Assembly: GCA_027923505.1 (NCBI GenBank)
Contig: BROI01000001.1
Coordinates: 2,666,001 to 2,730,000, forward strand
Source of the DNA: Mayamaea pseudoterrestris
Lineage: Eukaryota
DNA length: 64,000 nt
Direction: 5' to 3'
Below the pieces are notes generated by a model. That model made no database searches. It was not told where the DNA came from and saw only the letters and a program-made list of their open reading frames with translations. The translations under genes were made by a program, and so were the position numbers. Below are positions 9,927 to 20,460 of this stretch, in pieces. Within the stretch, counting starts at the first letter, position 1; each line of letters starts with the position of its first letter.

Positions 9927-12866
9927 CTACTTCTTAGTGTTAGGGCGCGTTGCTTGGCGCTTGATCGCCGCTACTGCATCATCACCGCCAAGAATCATGT
10001 TTTTGCCATGGGATGAAGGTGTCGCTTTCGTGTCATTGTCGCATGGACTATCTTTGGCCACTGCAGCGTATGGACGGTTTGATGATTGACGCTTACTAGT
10101 TTTGTTGCCGTCGCCGTCTCCAGCAATAGGCGGTGGAAAAGGCCACTCAACATCAAAATCTTTGCCACCAGTATCATGTGTGGCGCCGTGTTGATTCTTG
10201 TTGCGATTGATAATGTTCGATACATTTGTAGGCGCAGGCACCACTGCAGCACTACTGGACAAAATCTCAGGATTGAATTTCTTGCCCTTTTTACTCCAAT
10301 ATCTGCGAACGTTCGGTTGACGACTCGACGCCATTCCCCGCGTCTTCGTCCCTGTTGCTGCTGAGCTATTCATTTGCACGGCATGGGATGAAATCAAGTC
10401 GTCTTTGGCGCAACGAGCTGGCACAGCGTCCGCCTTGCCATGCTTGCCAGTTTCCAGGGGCGATCCAGCGCCTTTACCTGTTGCGCTAACCTTGGCTTGA
10501 CGAGCTGTAGACGAGGCAAATGTTACACGCTCCAATGTATCCGTCGTGAAGGGCGCTGCATGTGGATCATTATGGTTAATGACGTCTTTAGACTGCTTTC
10601 CATACGGAAGAGTCCCTTGACAACCTTCGGCAACCGTGGCCACTGGCGATTCACATGGCGCTGTGGTGGCGGTATTTTCGGCCTTTCCAAGAACAGTTCC
10701 TTCGCCAGGCTTCTTGCAACATCGTCCGCTCATATTTCCCTTTGCCTTAATATTCTTAGAGGAGACGGAGACGCAGCTTTCCGACGTATCACCATTCCCA
10801 CCGCTATCGGAATCGGGCGCAAGGTTCAAAGAAACAAGGTCCGATTCACCCATTGCCTTCTTCTGGCCGGAATCATTCACGACAGTCAATCCTCCATGCT
10901 TGTTTCGTCCCATACCAAGAGATCCACTGGTGCCACTGTCGCTGCTTTTCTCTGCCGTGGACGATACTCCTTCTGGACTTTCCTTGTTTGCTGCTGCGGT
11001 CGAGTTTTTGTAAACCTCCGACTCTTCAGCAGGCGCCGCGACGACTTCTGTTGCTGGTGCAGCATTTACCGCCTTCTCCTTCAATGTGAGCGCCGCGAAC
11101 AGAGTAGTAGTGGCTCGGACGATGTGCTCCGATTCCGTACCTGTAGGGCTGGCGTTCTGCAGAGTTAGCTGCTTAGGGTTGCCATTGCAACTGTCGTGGA
11201 GAATGGCCTTTGTCTGTTGCTTGCTATCATTCATCGGCTGCGTCTTTATACTAGCTTGCTCATCGCGAGCAACGCTGTTCTTACCGTGATGGGCAGCATG
11301 ACGGTTACTGCTTCGCTCGCGACCGCGATTCTTGGAACGGTGCCCATTGTTCTGCATGCGTCGATGACTTCCAGAACGACTCACGCTGCCACTACCTTGA
11401 TGACTACCATTGACATTGTTTTCACCATGGTGGCGGCCGGTGTCGTAGTCATTGCCTTTGCCATTGTGGCTGTCGTTTCGTTTCAATTTGCTCTCATGAT
11501 GAATCTGAAGACCTTCCTCGCTTGGGTCACTGCCGGAATTGTGGCGATGATGCACTGGTTGGCCATAGTACTGATCGCCGTTCGCATCGCTTCCTTGATA
11601 TTGCTGGACCGGTTGGCAATGACGAAACTGGTCATGTTGACGCAGCTGCTGGTCTTGGTAGGTGTATAGCTGCTGATCATTGGCCAAGGAGCCACCGTCA
11701 TAGTGACTGACGACTTCCGGATCGACCATGTCGACGTACGCCGGATAAGCTGGTGGCACATGCGTCCCGTAAACGTAGTGCTCACCGTTGCAAACATGAG
11801 CAGAAACGTAAGGCTGTTGATTCATTTGCGGCTGTGCGTAAAGTTGCAGCGTCGGCGGGTGAAATTCCTGCGAGTTTGGGTTGAGAGACGACCCGTGGAA
11901 ACCAACGACGCCAGGATGGCCAATGGACGAAGCAGACATCATGTTTCCTGGAGAACTGCCATGCTGATGCATCACTGTCTTTGCAGGGGATGAGTAAGGC
12001 TGCATCATTCGACCATCAGCGGTTGGCGTGACAAAGGGAGCGCCCTGGTACATTTCCGCTGAAGCCACAAAAGGAATGTTGCTTGGCGAAGCGTGCGGAA
12101 ACGGCGGGACAACGTATCCTTGCTGATAAAACAACTGCTGCGGCTGCATCATGGGCGTATCGCCGTGAGCTGGATGAGCAGGAGACATGTTCACCATTTG
12201 CGGAAGCGGCGTGCTGTAGACTGGTCCGCGCGGATGCTGCTGCTGCGCATTCCCAAAATTCACTGGATAAAATTGCGGCTGCTGCATTTGCTCTTGCATG
12301 AGACTCGGCGAGCCTTGCTGTCCGCGCTCACTGTCATCAATATTCAAGCCACAAGTAGTCTGCCCAGAGTCAAAGCTAGTCGGCGAGACTGTAGGACTGG
12401 TGAGCGCCGACGCATTGCCCTTGGCTGTTTCGCCTTGCCAGGGAACATAGATTGGAAACAACCAATGTCCATCCTCCGAAACTCCGACAATAATACTGTT
12501 TTGCAAGGCGGCTCGGACGACTAAAGGATCTGCTGGACTTGCGTCCGAAGCATGAATGAAGCGACCGGCTGAAAACGATGCATAAATCTCTCGCACCTTG
12601 CGAAAGCTGCAAATGGTTGCAATTGGGACTGATCCGTAATGATCCGGATGACGGAGATTCTCTTGCAAATACTTGTCGTGCATTAGATTGTGTTGCGAAA
12701 AGTAGAACTCAATTTGGAATTTTAATTGGTGGTGAAGAGCACTTGCAGCGTCGTTGACGAGCGGCGGTTCTTGATAATGCAGCAGCGGCGATGGCGAGCG
12801 CTGACTATGAGCGGCGGGAGAAGCCATGGTAGGACTATGATGGTTTTGGACGGGCGGATAATTCAT
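9927..12866 (-). CDS. La-related RNA-binding protein (La motif + PAM2-like motif, long disordered tail)
   Basis: La motif LKFQIEFYFSQHNLMHDKYL...VPIATICSFRKVR and PAM2-like SSLNPNSQEFHP. An in-frame TAA two codons upstream supports ATG 12866 as the start. Confidence 0.85.
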   Translation of the reverse strand: MNYPPVQNHHSPTMASPAAHSQRSPSPLLHYQEPPLVNDAASALHHQLKFQIEFYFSQHNLMHDKYLQENLRHPDHYGSVPIATICSFRKVREIYASFSAGRFIHASDASPADPLVVRAALQNSIIVGVSEDGHWLFPIYVPWQGETAKGNASALTSPTVSPTSFDSGQTTCGLNIDDSERGQQGSPSLMQEQMQQPQFYPVNFGNAQQQHPRGPVYSTPLPQMVNMSPAHPAHGDTPMMQPQQLFYQQGYVVPPFPHASPSNIPFVASAEMYQGAPFVTPTADGRMMQPYSSPAKTVMHQHGSSPGNMMSASSIGHPGVVGFHGSSLNPNSQEFHPPTLQLYAQPQMNQQPYVSAHVCNGEHYVYGTHVPPAYPAYVDMVDPEVVSHYDGGSLANDQQLYTYQDQQLRQHDQFRHCQPVQQYQGSDANGDQYYGQPVHHRHNSGSDPSEEGLQIHHESKLKRNDSHNGKGNDYDTGRHHGENNVNGSHQGSGSVSRSGSHRRMQNNGHRSKNRGRERSSNRHAAHHGKNSVARDEQASIKTQPMNDSKQQTKAILHDSCNGNPKQLTLQNASPTGTESEHIVRATTTLFAALTLKEKAVNAAPATEVVAAPAEESEVYKNSTAAANKESPEGVSSTAEKSSDSGTSGSLGMGRNKHGGLTVVNDSGQKKAMGESDLVSLNLAPDSDSGGNGDTSESCVSVSSKNIKAKGNMSGRCCKKPGEGTVLGKAENTATTAPCESPVATVAEGCQGTLPYGKQSKDVINHNDPHAAPFTTDTLERVTFASSTARQAKVSATGKGAGSPLETGKHGKADAVPARCAKDDLISSHAVQMNSSAATGTKTRGMASSRQPNVRRYWSKKGKKFNPEILSSSAAVVPAPTNVSNIINRNKNQHGATHDTGGKDFDVEWPFPPPIAGDGDGNKTSKRQSSNRPYAAVAKDSPCDNDTKATPSSHGKNMILGGDDAVAAIKRQATRPNTKK

Positions 12867-13599
12867 TATTTATCTGAAGGAAGCAGAACAAAGATCTTTG
12901 TTAGTTTCCGTGCAATCAAGGTTTTTAATTGTCATTTTTCGGACGTCGAAAGCCAGCACTGAACTCAATGACATGGCAGCACGTCAAGCATGTATCCAAA
13001 CCAAGCCAAGTCAAGCTTGCTTACTATCAACGTACCTCTATTAGTGTAAAATTCTCGCGTGTCAGGGAAAGATTCGTTCGCGCGTGTCAAGAAAAAGATC
13101 CAAGCGAGCAAAGTGCAGGTGCGCGTCCGAGAGTCTTGAGTTCGAGTCAGTGAAGCGTCGCTAGAACAAGAATCAATTCACAATTGAAATTATGAATCGT
13201 TTAGCAGTAGAGTCGCTGTTTAAAAGGCTTCGGTATCGTCTCGTAGTCGAAACAATGGACTCGTTCCGTTTTCGTGGTGGTCCGCCAACAGAATTGTGGT
13301 GTCGCTACAAATTGTAAATCAAGTGGGAACCGGTACTGGAAATTAAGAGAATTTGATTTCTTCGCCCTTGTCAAACATCTAGTATGGGCTCATTAACAAT
13401 CACGAAGTCCTGGAGCCTCTCTGTAGCTGAGACTTCAGTCAGGTGGTGATTTCGCGTGGTGTATGTGCCGCATTGCGTGAAGACGCAAAACGCGTGACGA
13501 CGCGCAAAACTCACTTTTCACGTGACTGACTACACTTTCAGTCATAGTGACGTCATCTGTGTGAAAGTAGCTTACAGTGTGTCGTAGTGGTTTCATTTC

Positions 13600-15222
13600 A
13601 TGGCTTTCGAGCCGCTCGTTAATTCATCTCATTTATCTCGTTCCATCATGAGCCGATCGACGCTAGTTGCTCTCCAAATACCAAGTCGATGGCCTAGGCA
13701 TGCTAATTGGAAGACTCAAGTACTATCGCGATCATGGAGCACATTTTCTTTTGACGAAGTCCCGCGACGCAGTCGTTCATCGCGTCATCAACTCGCCAAT
13801 GCCAATACTCGACTTGCATCAGCGCCACATTTTTGGCGACAATCATCGCTATCTACATCGTATAACAATCAATTAATATACGGCAGCAATCATCAACAGA
13901 TAAGACATGCATCATGGCTACCAGAAGCCTTTCAATCCTTCTCAATATGGGGAGGAAGCGGATACTTGATCAAAATATTTCACGATGTTTTTCGTTTGGA
14001 GTATTGGGCCTGCTTTGCCGCCATGAATGTCATGGTGCGCGTAGGTCTCTTTCCGCTCGTCTTGTATGGAGCAAAAACATCTTCCCGCTTTGCCAAGGTT
14101 GTTCCAGAAGTGCAGTTTATATTGAGCTTGCTCAACAATGATTTGAAGAAGCTGCGCGAGCAAAAAGCCCCCTGGCAAACCAGAGCAGTGCTCATGATTA
14201 CAAATTTAAAAACCATGGGAGGCATTTACAAGCTACATAAGATTAATCCGTTTTCAGTCTTTCTCAGTCCGCTTCTTCAGCTACCAATCTTCATGTATGT
14301 TTCGATCGATCTGCGAAAGATTTTGAATGGACTCGATCCACTGCTGGCGCAGAAATTGGTGGATTCCTCCATTGCCTGGATTCCCGACTTGACAGAGCCG
14401 GATCCATGGTTTGGCTTGCCCATACTTGCCGGTCTTGTCATGTACGCCAACATTGAGGATGCCGTGGGTAAACGATCACTCAGTGGAGCGACTGCTGCCA
14501 AGTCAGACACTGCCGTCTTGATGAAGGATATCTTTCAGTCTTGCGCTGTTTTCATGCCATGTTTCACGGCACAGCTACCAGCTGGTGTACAAATATACTT
14601 GGTGACAAGCTTCGTGTGGACATTGGGACAGAGTGCAGCCTTGCGGACTGAACGTTTTCGCCAAGTGGTGGGCTTGCCATCGTTGCTGGCGCCGCCACCG
14701 GAAGCATCCTACGCGCAAGAGTTTATTGCGCTCAAGAAATTGGAACAAAAGGCTAGGGAACTGCGCGGCAATGGACCGTTGCTAGGTGTTGGAATACTTG
14801 CGCCGGGATATCAAGCATCATTTGCTGGAACGCATCGGGACACTTCGATCCGAGGGAGTGACATTAGCCAGGCTGTTCGAGAAACGATACTTCCGGAGAC
14901 GATACAGCCAAAGGTGCGAGACATACATCCCATGATACCTTTTATACATGGAATTAGCGCTCCGCCCAGCCAGCTTTTGGAGCAAAAGCGCGAGGAAGAG
15001 CGGAAGAATCAAGTTAGCAGTGCGATATCGACTCGAACACAAATCACTGACCGTGAATACATGCCACAATTCGACGAAGATGTCATGGAGAAGGCAAATC
15101 GTGGCGTACGTCCTGCAAAGATTCAGTTTGTCAAACGCGATAACGAGACTAGCACGCCGTCAACAGTTAGTTTAAAGAAGTTGAGTAGGCGGACGAGGAC
15201 GAGGAAGAAACCGCGAAGCTAG
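13600..15222 (+). CDS. YidC/Oxa1/Cox18 family membrane insertase, mitochondrial-type presequence
   Basis: Arg/Ser-rich N-terminus; VRVGLFPL, PLLQLPIF, WIPDLTEPDPWFGLPIL and LPAGVQIYLVTS are Oxa1/YidC core motifs. Confidence 0.88.
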   Translation: MAFEPLVNSSHLSRSIMSRSTLVALQIPSRWPRHANWKTQVLSRSWSTFSFDEVPRRSRSSRHQLANANTRLASAPHFWRQSSLSTSYNNQLIYGSNHQQIRHASWLPEAFQSFSIWGGSGYLIKIFHDVFRLEYWACFAAMNVMVRVGLFPLVLYGAKTSSRFAKVVPEVQFILSLLNNDLKKLREQKAPWQTRAVLMITNLKTMGGIYKLHKINPFSVFLSPLLQLPIFMYVSIDLRKILNGLDPLLAQKLVDSSIAWIPDLTEPDPWFGLPILAGLVMYANIEDAVGKRSLSGATAAKSDTAVLMKDIFQSCAVFMPCFTAQLPAGVQIYLVTSFVWTLGQSAALRTERFRQVVGLPSLLAPPPEASYAQEFIALKKLEQKARELRGNGPLLGVGILAPGYQASFAGTHRDTSIRGSDISQAVRETILPETIQPKVRDIHPMIPFIHGISAPPSQLLEQKREEERKNQVSSAISTRTQITDREYMPQFDEDVMEKANRGVRPAKIQFVKRDNETSTPSTVSLKKLSRRTRTRKKPRS

Positions 15223-15269
15223 TATTAAATGATGCACTCGCGTTATAAGTGAAAAATTTAGAAAGAGAT

Positions 15270-18100
15270 CTACTTTTGCTTCTGCCTCCTCAAGACCTCT
15301 GTAGTTGCTAGCTCGGCGGAGAAGGCTGCGTGTTTTCCGGCGTATGTCGTAGTTCGCTTCAGTGCTTGTCGGTTGACCATGTAGTAGTTCTTTATGCAAT
15401 AGCCAAGAACGCGACTTAAAATGACGAGCCACATTAGCTTGGCGTATCCCTTCTTGAGCAGTTGGAACAAAGTCGATGGATCGACAACATTTACGGGCGA
15501 TAATTGCATTTCTGACCAAGGTGTTTTTGAATTCCATTTGAAAAATGGTTTCATTCCACGGAAGTTGGCCGTGGCATGCACAGCGACAGCAGGAGCAAGA
15601 AGTTGCCATGTCTTGTATTCGACGCCAAGCAAATCTCTCTTCGCTAAAGCAAGTGCCGTCATCGTGCCGCACAGCTCATGAATTGGAAAGATTCCGCGAC
15701 AAAAGGCATAAAAGCTCTTGTTTTCGTTATGAGATTTGGTGTACATGAGCACTCGGCGCGCAGTATCACAGAGCTTCAACCCCAAGCTTACAGCAAGCAT
15801 CTGCGACACATACTTGTTTGCATTAATCACATCCTTTTCGCCTGGCCCGCGGACAATGGCTTCTGCGTGCTTGCGCTTCTTCTTGCTCTTCTTTGATTCT
15901 CGTACAGTCCACTTGAAATTTCGTGGAAGGGTTGTGCTCCACTCCAAAAGTTTAAGCTTGACGTACTCTTCCACAATTGGAGCGGCTATGCAGGTGGTGG
16001 CGACATCCGCCGCAAAAAGAGTGATGCGCTTAGGACGATAACCAATGTCTTTCAAGACCCAAGGAAGGACTGGTAAAGGGATTCTCGGGGTGAAGGAAAA
16101 TAGATTTGGTTCCAGCCAACAGAATACACCAAGTCGCACAACCGTTGTGGTAACAATTTCGGCAAGAAACGTGATAGCATATCCAAACGTAAATGAACTG
16201 AAAAACGTGCTCGCCCACGTATTAACGTCGTTCTCTCGCGCGTCAAAGACGGATAGCACCGCCAGCAGCGGAGCAATCGCTGTCAAGGAAACAAGGCGCA
16301 AGTTATCGTAGAATCTCATATTGTACTCGGAGAGTGGAAGTGTCCTTGGCGAAACGCCGCTGTAACATGCAACAGCGACTGTGACCATCAGTATGCTTAT
16401 TTTGAAAATGCTGTCGAAACTCAGTTGAGCACTCGCTTCCGCCAGAGACTGCGACTATAGGAACGAGCGGACAATGAGCTTTAAAAAGTCTTTCGCACTT
16501 CTATCAACACTACTCGTCGCATGCAGTGACTTACCTTTTCCGTGGAGTGCATTTGGAGCGACATCACTGGCGGTTGCTGGTAGAGCGTTGTGATTGCTTG
16601 CGGCACTGCAGGTAAAAACTGTTGATGAGCTGGTACAAGCTCCATGGACGCTTCCTTCACTTTGTTGATAACAACTGGCTGTTGCGGCGGCTTGACCTGC
16701 TTGCCCAAGCTGGCTTCCTCTCTGACAGGCACGTTTGTAGCGGGGCTTTTCACTTGAGCGTGGGGTTCGGCGATGCGAGGTGGTTGATGATTGGGTCCAG
16801 ACCAAGGAGCGTATTGACCCTGCGGCGGCACCGCATAAGCTGGATGCTGCGCCATTGCATGAGGCGTAAAGGGAGGATATGGATACGGATATCCAGGTGG
16901 GTAGGGATATGAGGGGTGGTATTGAGGCGGCGGCTGCTGTGAGTACTGTCGGTATGCCTCATGTGGCGGGGGTGGTGGTGGCTGCTGCGAATATCCAGCG
17001 GGCGGAACATGTTGCTGCGGAGGATATGCGTTATACAAAGGTGTCTGATAATCAACCGACCGAGGTTGTGGCACATGTGGATAGTAGTACTGGTTAGGAG
17101 TCGGAGAAGTCTGAGTTGTCGGTAATGGTTGGTACGCAGAGGCTGGCGGTTCTGATGGACGCGAGTCGTCGACTGCCACATTCGAGGGTTCCTGCTCCTG
17201 CTCCTCCGAATCAACCTCTGCATCACTGTAGTATACTGGCAAGTTAGGCAATGAAAACGATAGCCCATCGTCCGTGTCATCTGATTCTTCGCCGTCTGAT
17301 GACGCAACGTGAGCCGGCGGAGACTGGTACGGTGGACGAGGGACCGTTTGCTTGGCAGTCGCTGCTTGTTCCTGGGCAATCAAGAGGGAGCGTCGCAGTA
17401 AGAGTTGTTGGCGCTTGTACCTCCGACGATCCTTGCTCTGCCATAGCTGGTCCGGAAGCGTTATTGATTGTTCTCCAGGTTTTGGCTCCTCCTTCTGAGC
17501 AGCCTCCATCGATGCCTGAGCAGTTTGGCTCCTCTTGGCAAAGGCTTCGGCCGTTGCGGGTGTTACGATGAATGCATCATTTCTTTCATACTGCTGTGTT
17601 TTGGTTTTCGGCTCATCAATTCGACGTAATGACAAAACACTTTCTGTTAGAGAAGGCGCTTGTGCACTGGCGAGCAACGTTTTCGACTTGGCAGCCGTCA
17701 TGTAATCTGTATCATCCAACATTTGCTGCAACTTTTCCAATGTCTTTAGTGGTTGCGACTGATACTCTATTTCTGGCTTGTTAATTGTCGTTGCAGTTTC
17801 AGTACTGACTTTATTGTGAGTGGCATCAATAGTGACAGCTGCTGAGACGGGCGTCGAGGTTGTGACAGTCGCTTGCTGCTTCTTCGATGGCGACTCTGTG
17901 CCCGTCAGCCAGTCACTCCAATCGTCATCGGAGCTGCTTTCAGCTTCATCCGTTCCGCCGTCGGAAAAGGGAACTGCTGCGTCCGACCAAAAGACCGTGT
18001 TGGAAGTATGAGGCAGTGCTGGAAAGGATGACGTTGCATCGACAATGGAGGCAAACAAAACGAGCGTAACTGCAGAGCAGTCAACGGATAACTTTCTCAT
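15270..18100 (-). CDS. Two-exon PrsW-like intramembrane protease with signal peptide and long Pro/Gln/Tyr-rich N-terminal region (exons 18100-16535 and 16454-15270)
   Basis: Track ORFs 16481..18100 and 15270..16388 join in frame through a GT-AG intron (...STEK|SQSLAE...). The C-terminal part has APIVEEYVKL (EExxK), PIHELCG and VHATAN, matching the PrsW motif order. Confidence 0.72.
16455..16534 (-). other. 80-nt spliceosomal intron, phase 0
   Basis: The minus strand reads AAG|GTAAGT...GCTCATTGTCCGCTCGTTCCTATAG|TCG. Removing it restores a continuous frame. Confidence 0.85.
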
Positions 18101-19968
18101 TTTGAATTATTTCACTTTTTCCTATGCAGAGTGTCAGAGAGGTGCTGTAGCAAGTCTGTTGGTTCCCTCCATGGCCAACCTCATTTTCTGTCGCTCCAAC
18201 GAACTTGACGTTTGTCACGCGTCGCAGCGGTGACGATTGAATATTGCCCATAATGTTGGCAATTTACCTTGCCGAAACAAATCGATGATAGGTCTCTCGC
18301 TCTTTACCTACAACTTGAGCGTACTGTATGTAGGCTAAAAGCCGTAATATTGTCACTGGAAGAAGACGTTGGCAGCGCTTGCTCCTCCTATAGTATAGCA
18401 TCTAAATCGATTGCTCCAACAGTCTCTTGCGCTCACTTTTACAATGGCTTGCGCTTGCGCTACCTTTGACTGGACTATGTGTCTCTTGCAATCGTGCTGC
18501 ATCAAGGATTAAATGAGCATTGGCAGTCATCGAAACAAGACCTAGCTCACTTTTTTGTTACTCGCTGTCAATTCGCCACCTTGAGCTCCACTCGTCCGGC
18601 TTAAAACAGGTTCCCATAGTCTGCTGCCATATCTCATTTATGATGACTTATAGAACATCGTAATGGATGCTGTTAGGAAGTAGTTTGCAAAGGTAAGGCG
18701 ACGCCTGGTGGAATTTGTCCGCGGTATCTCTGCTGGGATCCCCGTTTTGGCCGACGAACAAAGCAACATTGAAAAGGACATCGACACGGTCTCAGCGGCA
18801 CCAAGACACGGAACATCCCGTTCACGACCACACTCCTACGACGGCGAGAGTAGAAAGTCAGCCACTGGCCCAAACCCTACACACTTCACCGTACCCGAAG
18901 AATTCACGACTGACAACCGTAGAAAGACTACCACAGGTACATCAAATACCGGAACCGGCATACACGCCGAGCAACTACAGGAAGCGCAAACACTACCAGC
19001 AGTGAAGACTATACTGCCAATCTGTAGACGGACGAACGCCCGGGATGGCCAGTACAAAATGACCCGTCGGAGGCATTAGTAATAAGAAGGCCACTCTGGG
19101 ATGACGCATGCACATTCGGCTCATTCTAGAGGATCTACTAACAATAGATTCAAAGTTTCCCCAGTCTTTTAGCGTTTAAACCGTCTTTTCTCCCTACTTC
19201 CCTACCCCTTCATCTTGGATCTCAACAAAGAGTTTACCTGCCGGCAAGCTAAGATCTTTTAGTTTCCAAAGCATTGAACAAAACCGACGACCGGATTTCT
19301 TCAAGCCCTTTCTGTCAACCTCGAATTTTACAACCAATCTCGAACGCTCGATACGGTTGGTACGCGGCGCACCATGTCTCTCCTCCAACCCCTTGGACTT
19401 GGGACGAAGAAGACAAGCGTTTCGCCTGGATCTTTTGAGGCATTCTACCGCCGCCTTCATCAAAGCCAATCGACCCGGAACAAGCTTGTGAGCAGCGCTT
19501 CAATCAGTTTAAAGACCTTGCCAACAACGAAGTGTTTTACAGTCACATTGCGGAAGAATTCAAAGAAGAAGGATTAGCAAAAGTTGCCGAGTCAACCGCA
19601 CAATCAGGTGTCGAAACAAGTTACATCGACAGCAACGTACCCTTTCTTAAAGCCTTCATCTTTTCTCCAAAGTCATTAATCTTCCTTGACGAAAAGCGAG
19701 CAGACTTTTACAAGAGCCTTGATCTTTGCCGATCGAACAATCCTTTCACGCCCGAAGAGAAGGAGATTCTTCTACTAGAAGACACTTTGCGCAACGAGCG
19801 AGACGAATTCGAAGCAAAAGACCTATCGCATCCAGTAACTCTTTACTTCCTCAAGAAGACTCGTTTCCTGCTTCAAAAGGATGAAGAAAACAGACGTCAA
19901 GACTTGCAAAGACTTTCTGAAGTACCAGATATAAACACTGAAACGACGTGCGCTTGTTCTGTGTGCAT

Positions 19969-20371
19969 TGACAAGTCGCAGAGCGGCGAAGTCAAGAGCC
20001 CGAACCCTAATTAGCTTGTGTCGAGTCCGCAGCTGTCGTATGTGACATGTGAATGAAGAAAGTGCGCAACCGCCGTGTGGATGCGTTGTATGAATGGAAC
20101 GACCAGTTACGACTGATGTAATGTGATTGAAAGAAACGGATTGATCGGATGATCTTCCGAGTGGTCGATGTAGCGATGTAGCGATAAGCTCACAATATAG
20201 AACTACTAGTTTGCGACGAGAGTGCAGTCGTATTTGTGTAGTGGCGAGCGCAAGACTATTCGACGAGCCATCTCCATCAAGAGCTGTACAGACCGTGGCC
20301 AAGGACCCTGTATCGGAGCTTTTTGGAGGTAAGACGTTGACTGCGAAATCGTCAACGGTGTTAGATTAACA
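19969..20371 (+). repeat. 5' LTR of element 1 (TG...TTAACA, about 403 bp)
   Basis: Matches 26295-26689 up to position 20363. The end at CA 20370-20371 is inferred from the TG...CA rule. Confidence 0.88.
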
Positions 20372-20460
20372 TTTCAGTGCTTCGAGAGCAAGAACGAGCG
20401 AGGGAGCTATCGTGACACATTCGTCTGCAGCGAGTCCGATTCCTCTGATCAACCTCCACC

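Noticed and set aside
19823..20302. Antisense ORF in the LTRs (also 25951-26628)
   Set aside because: It is present twice only because the LTR is duplicated; no recognisable domain.
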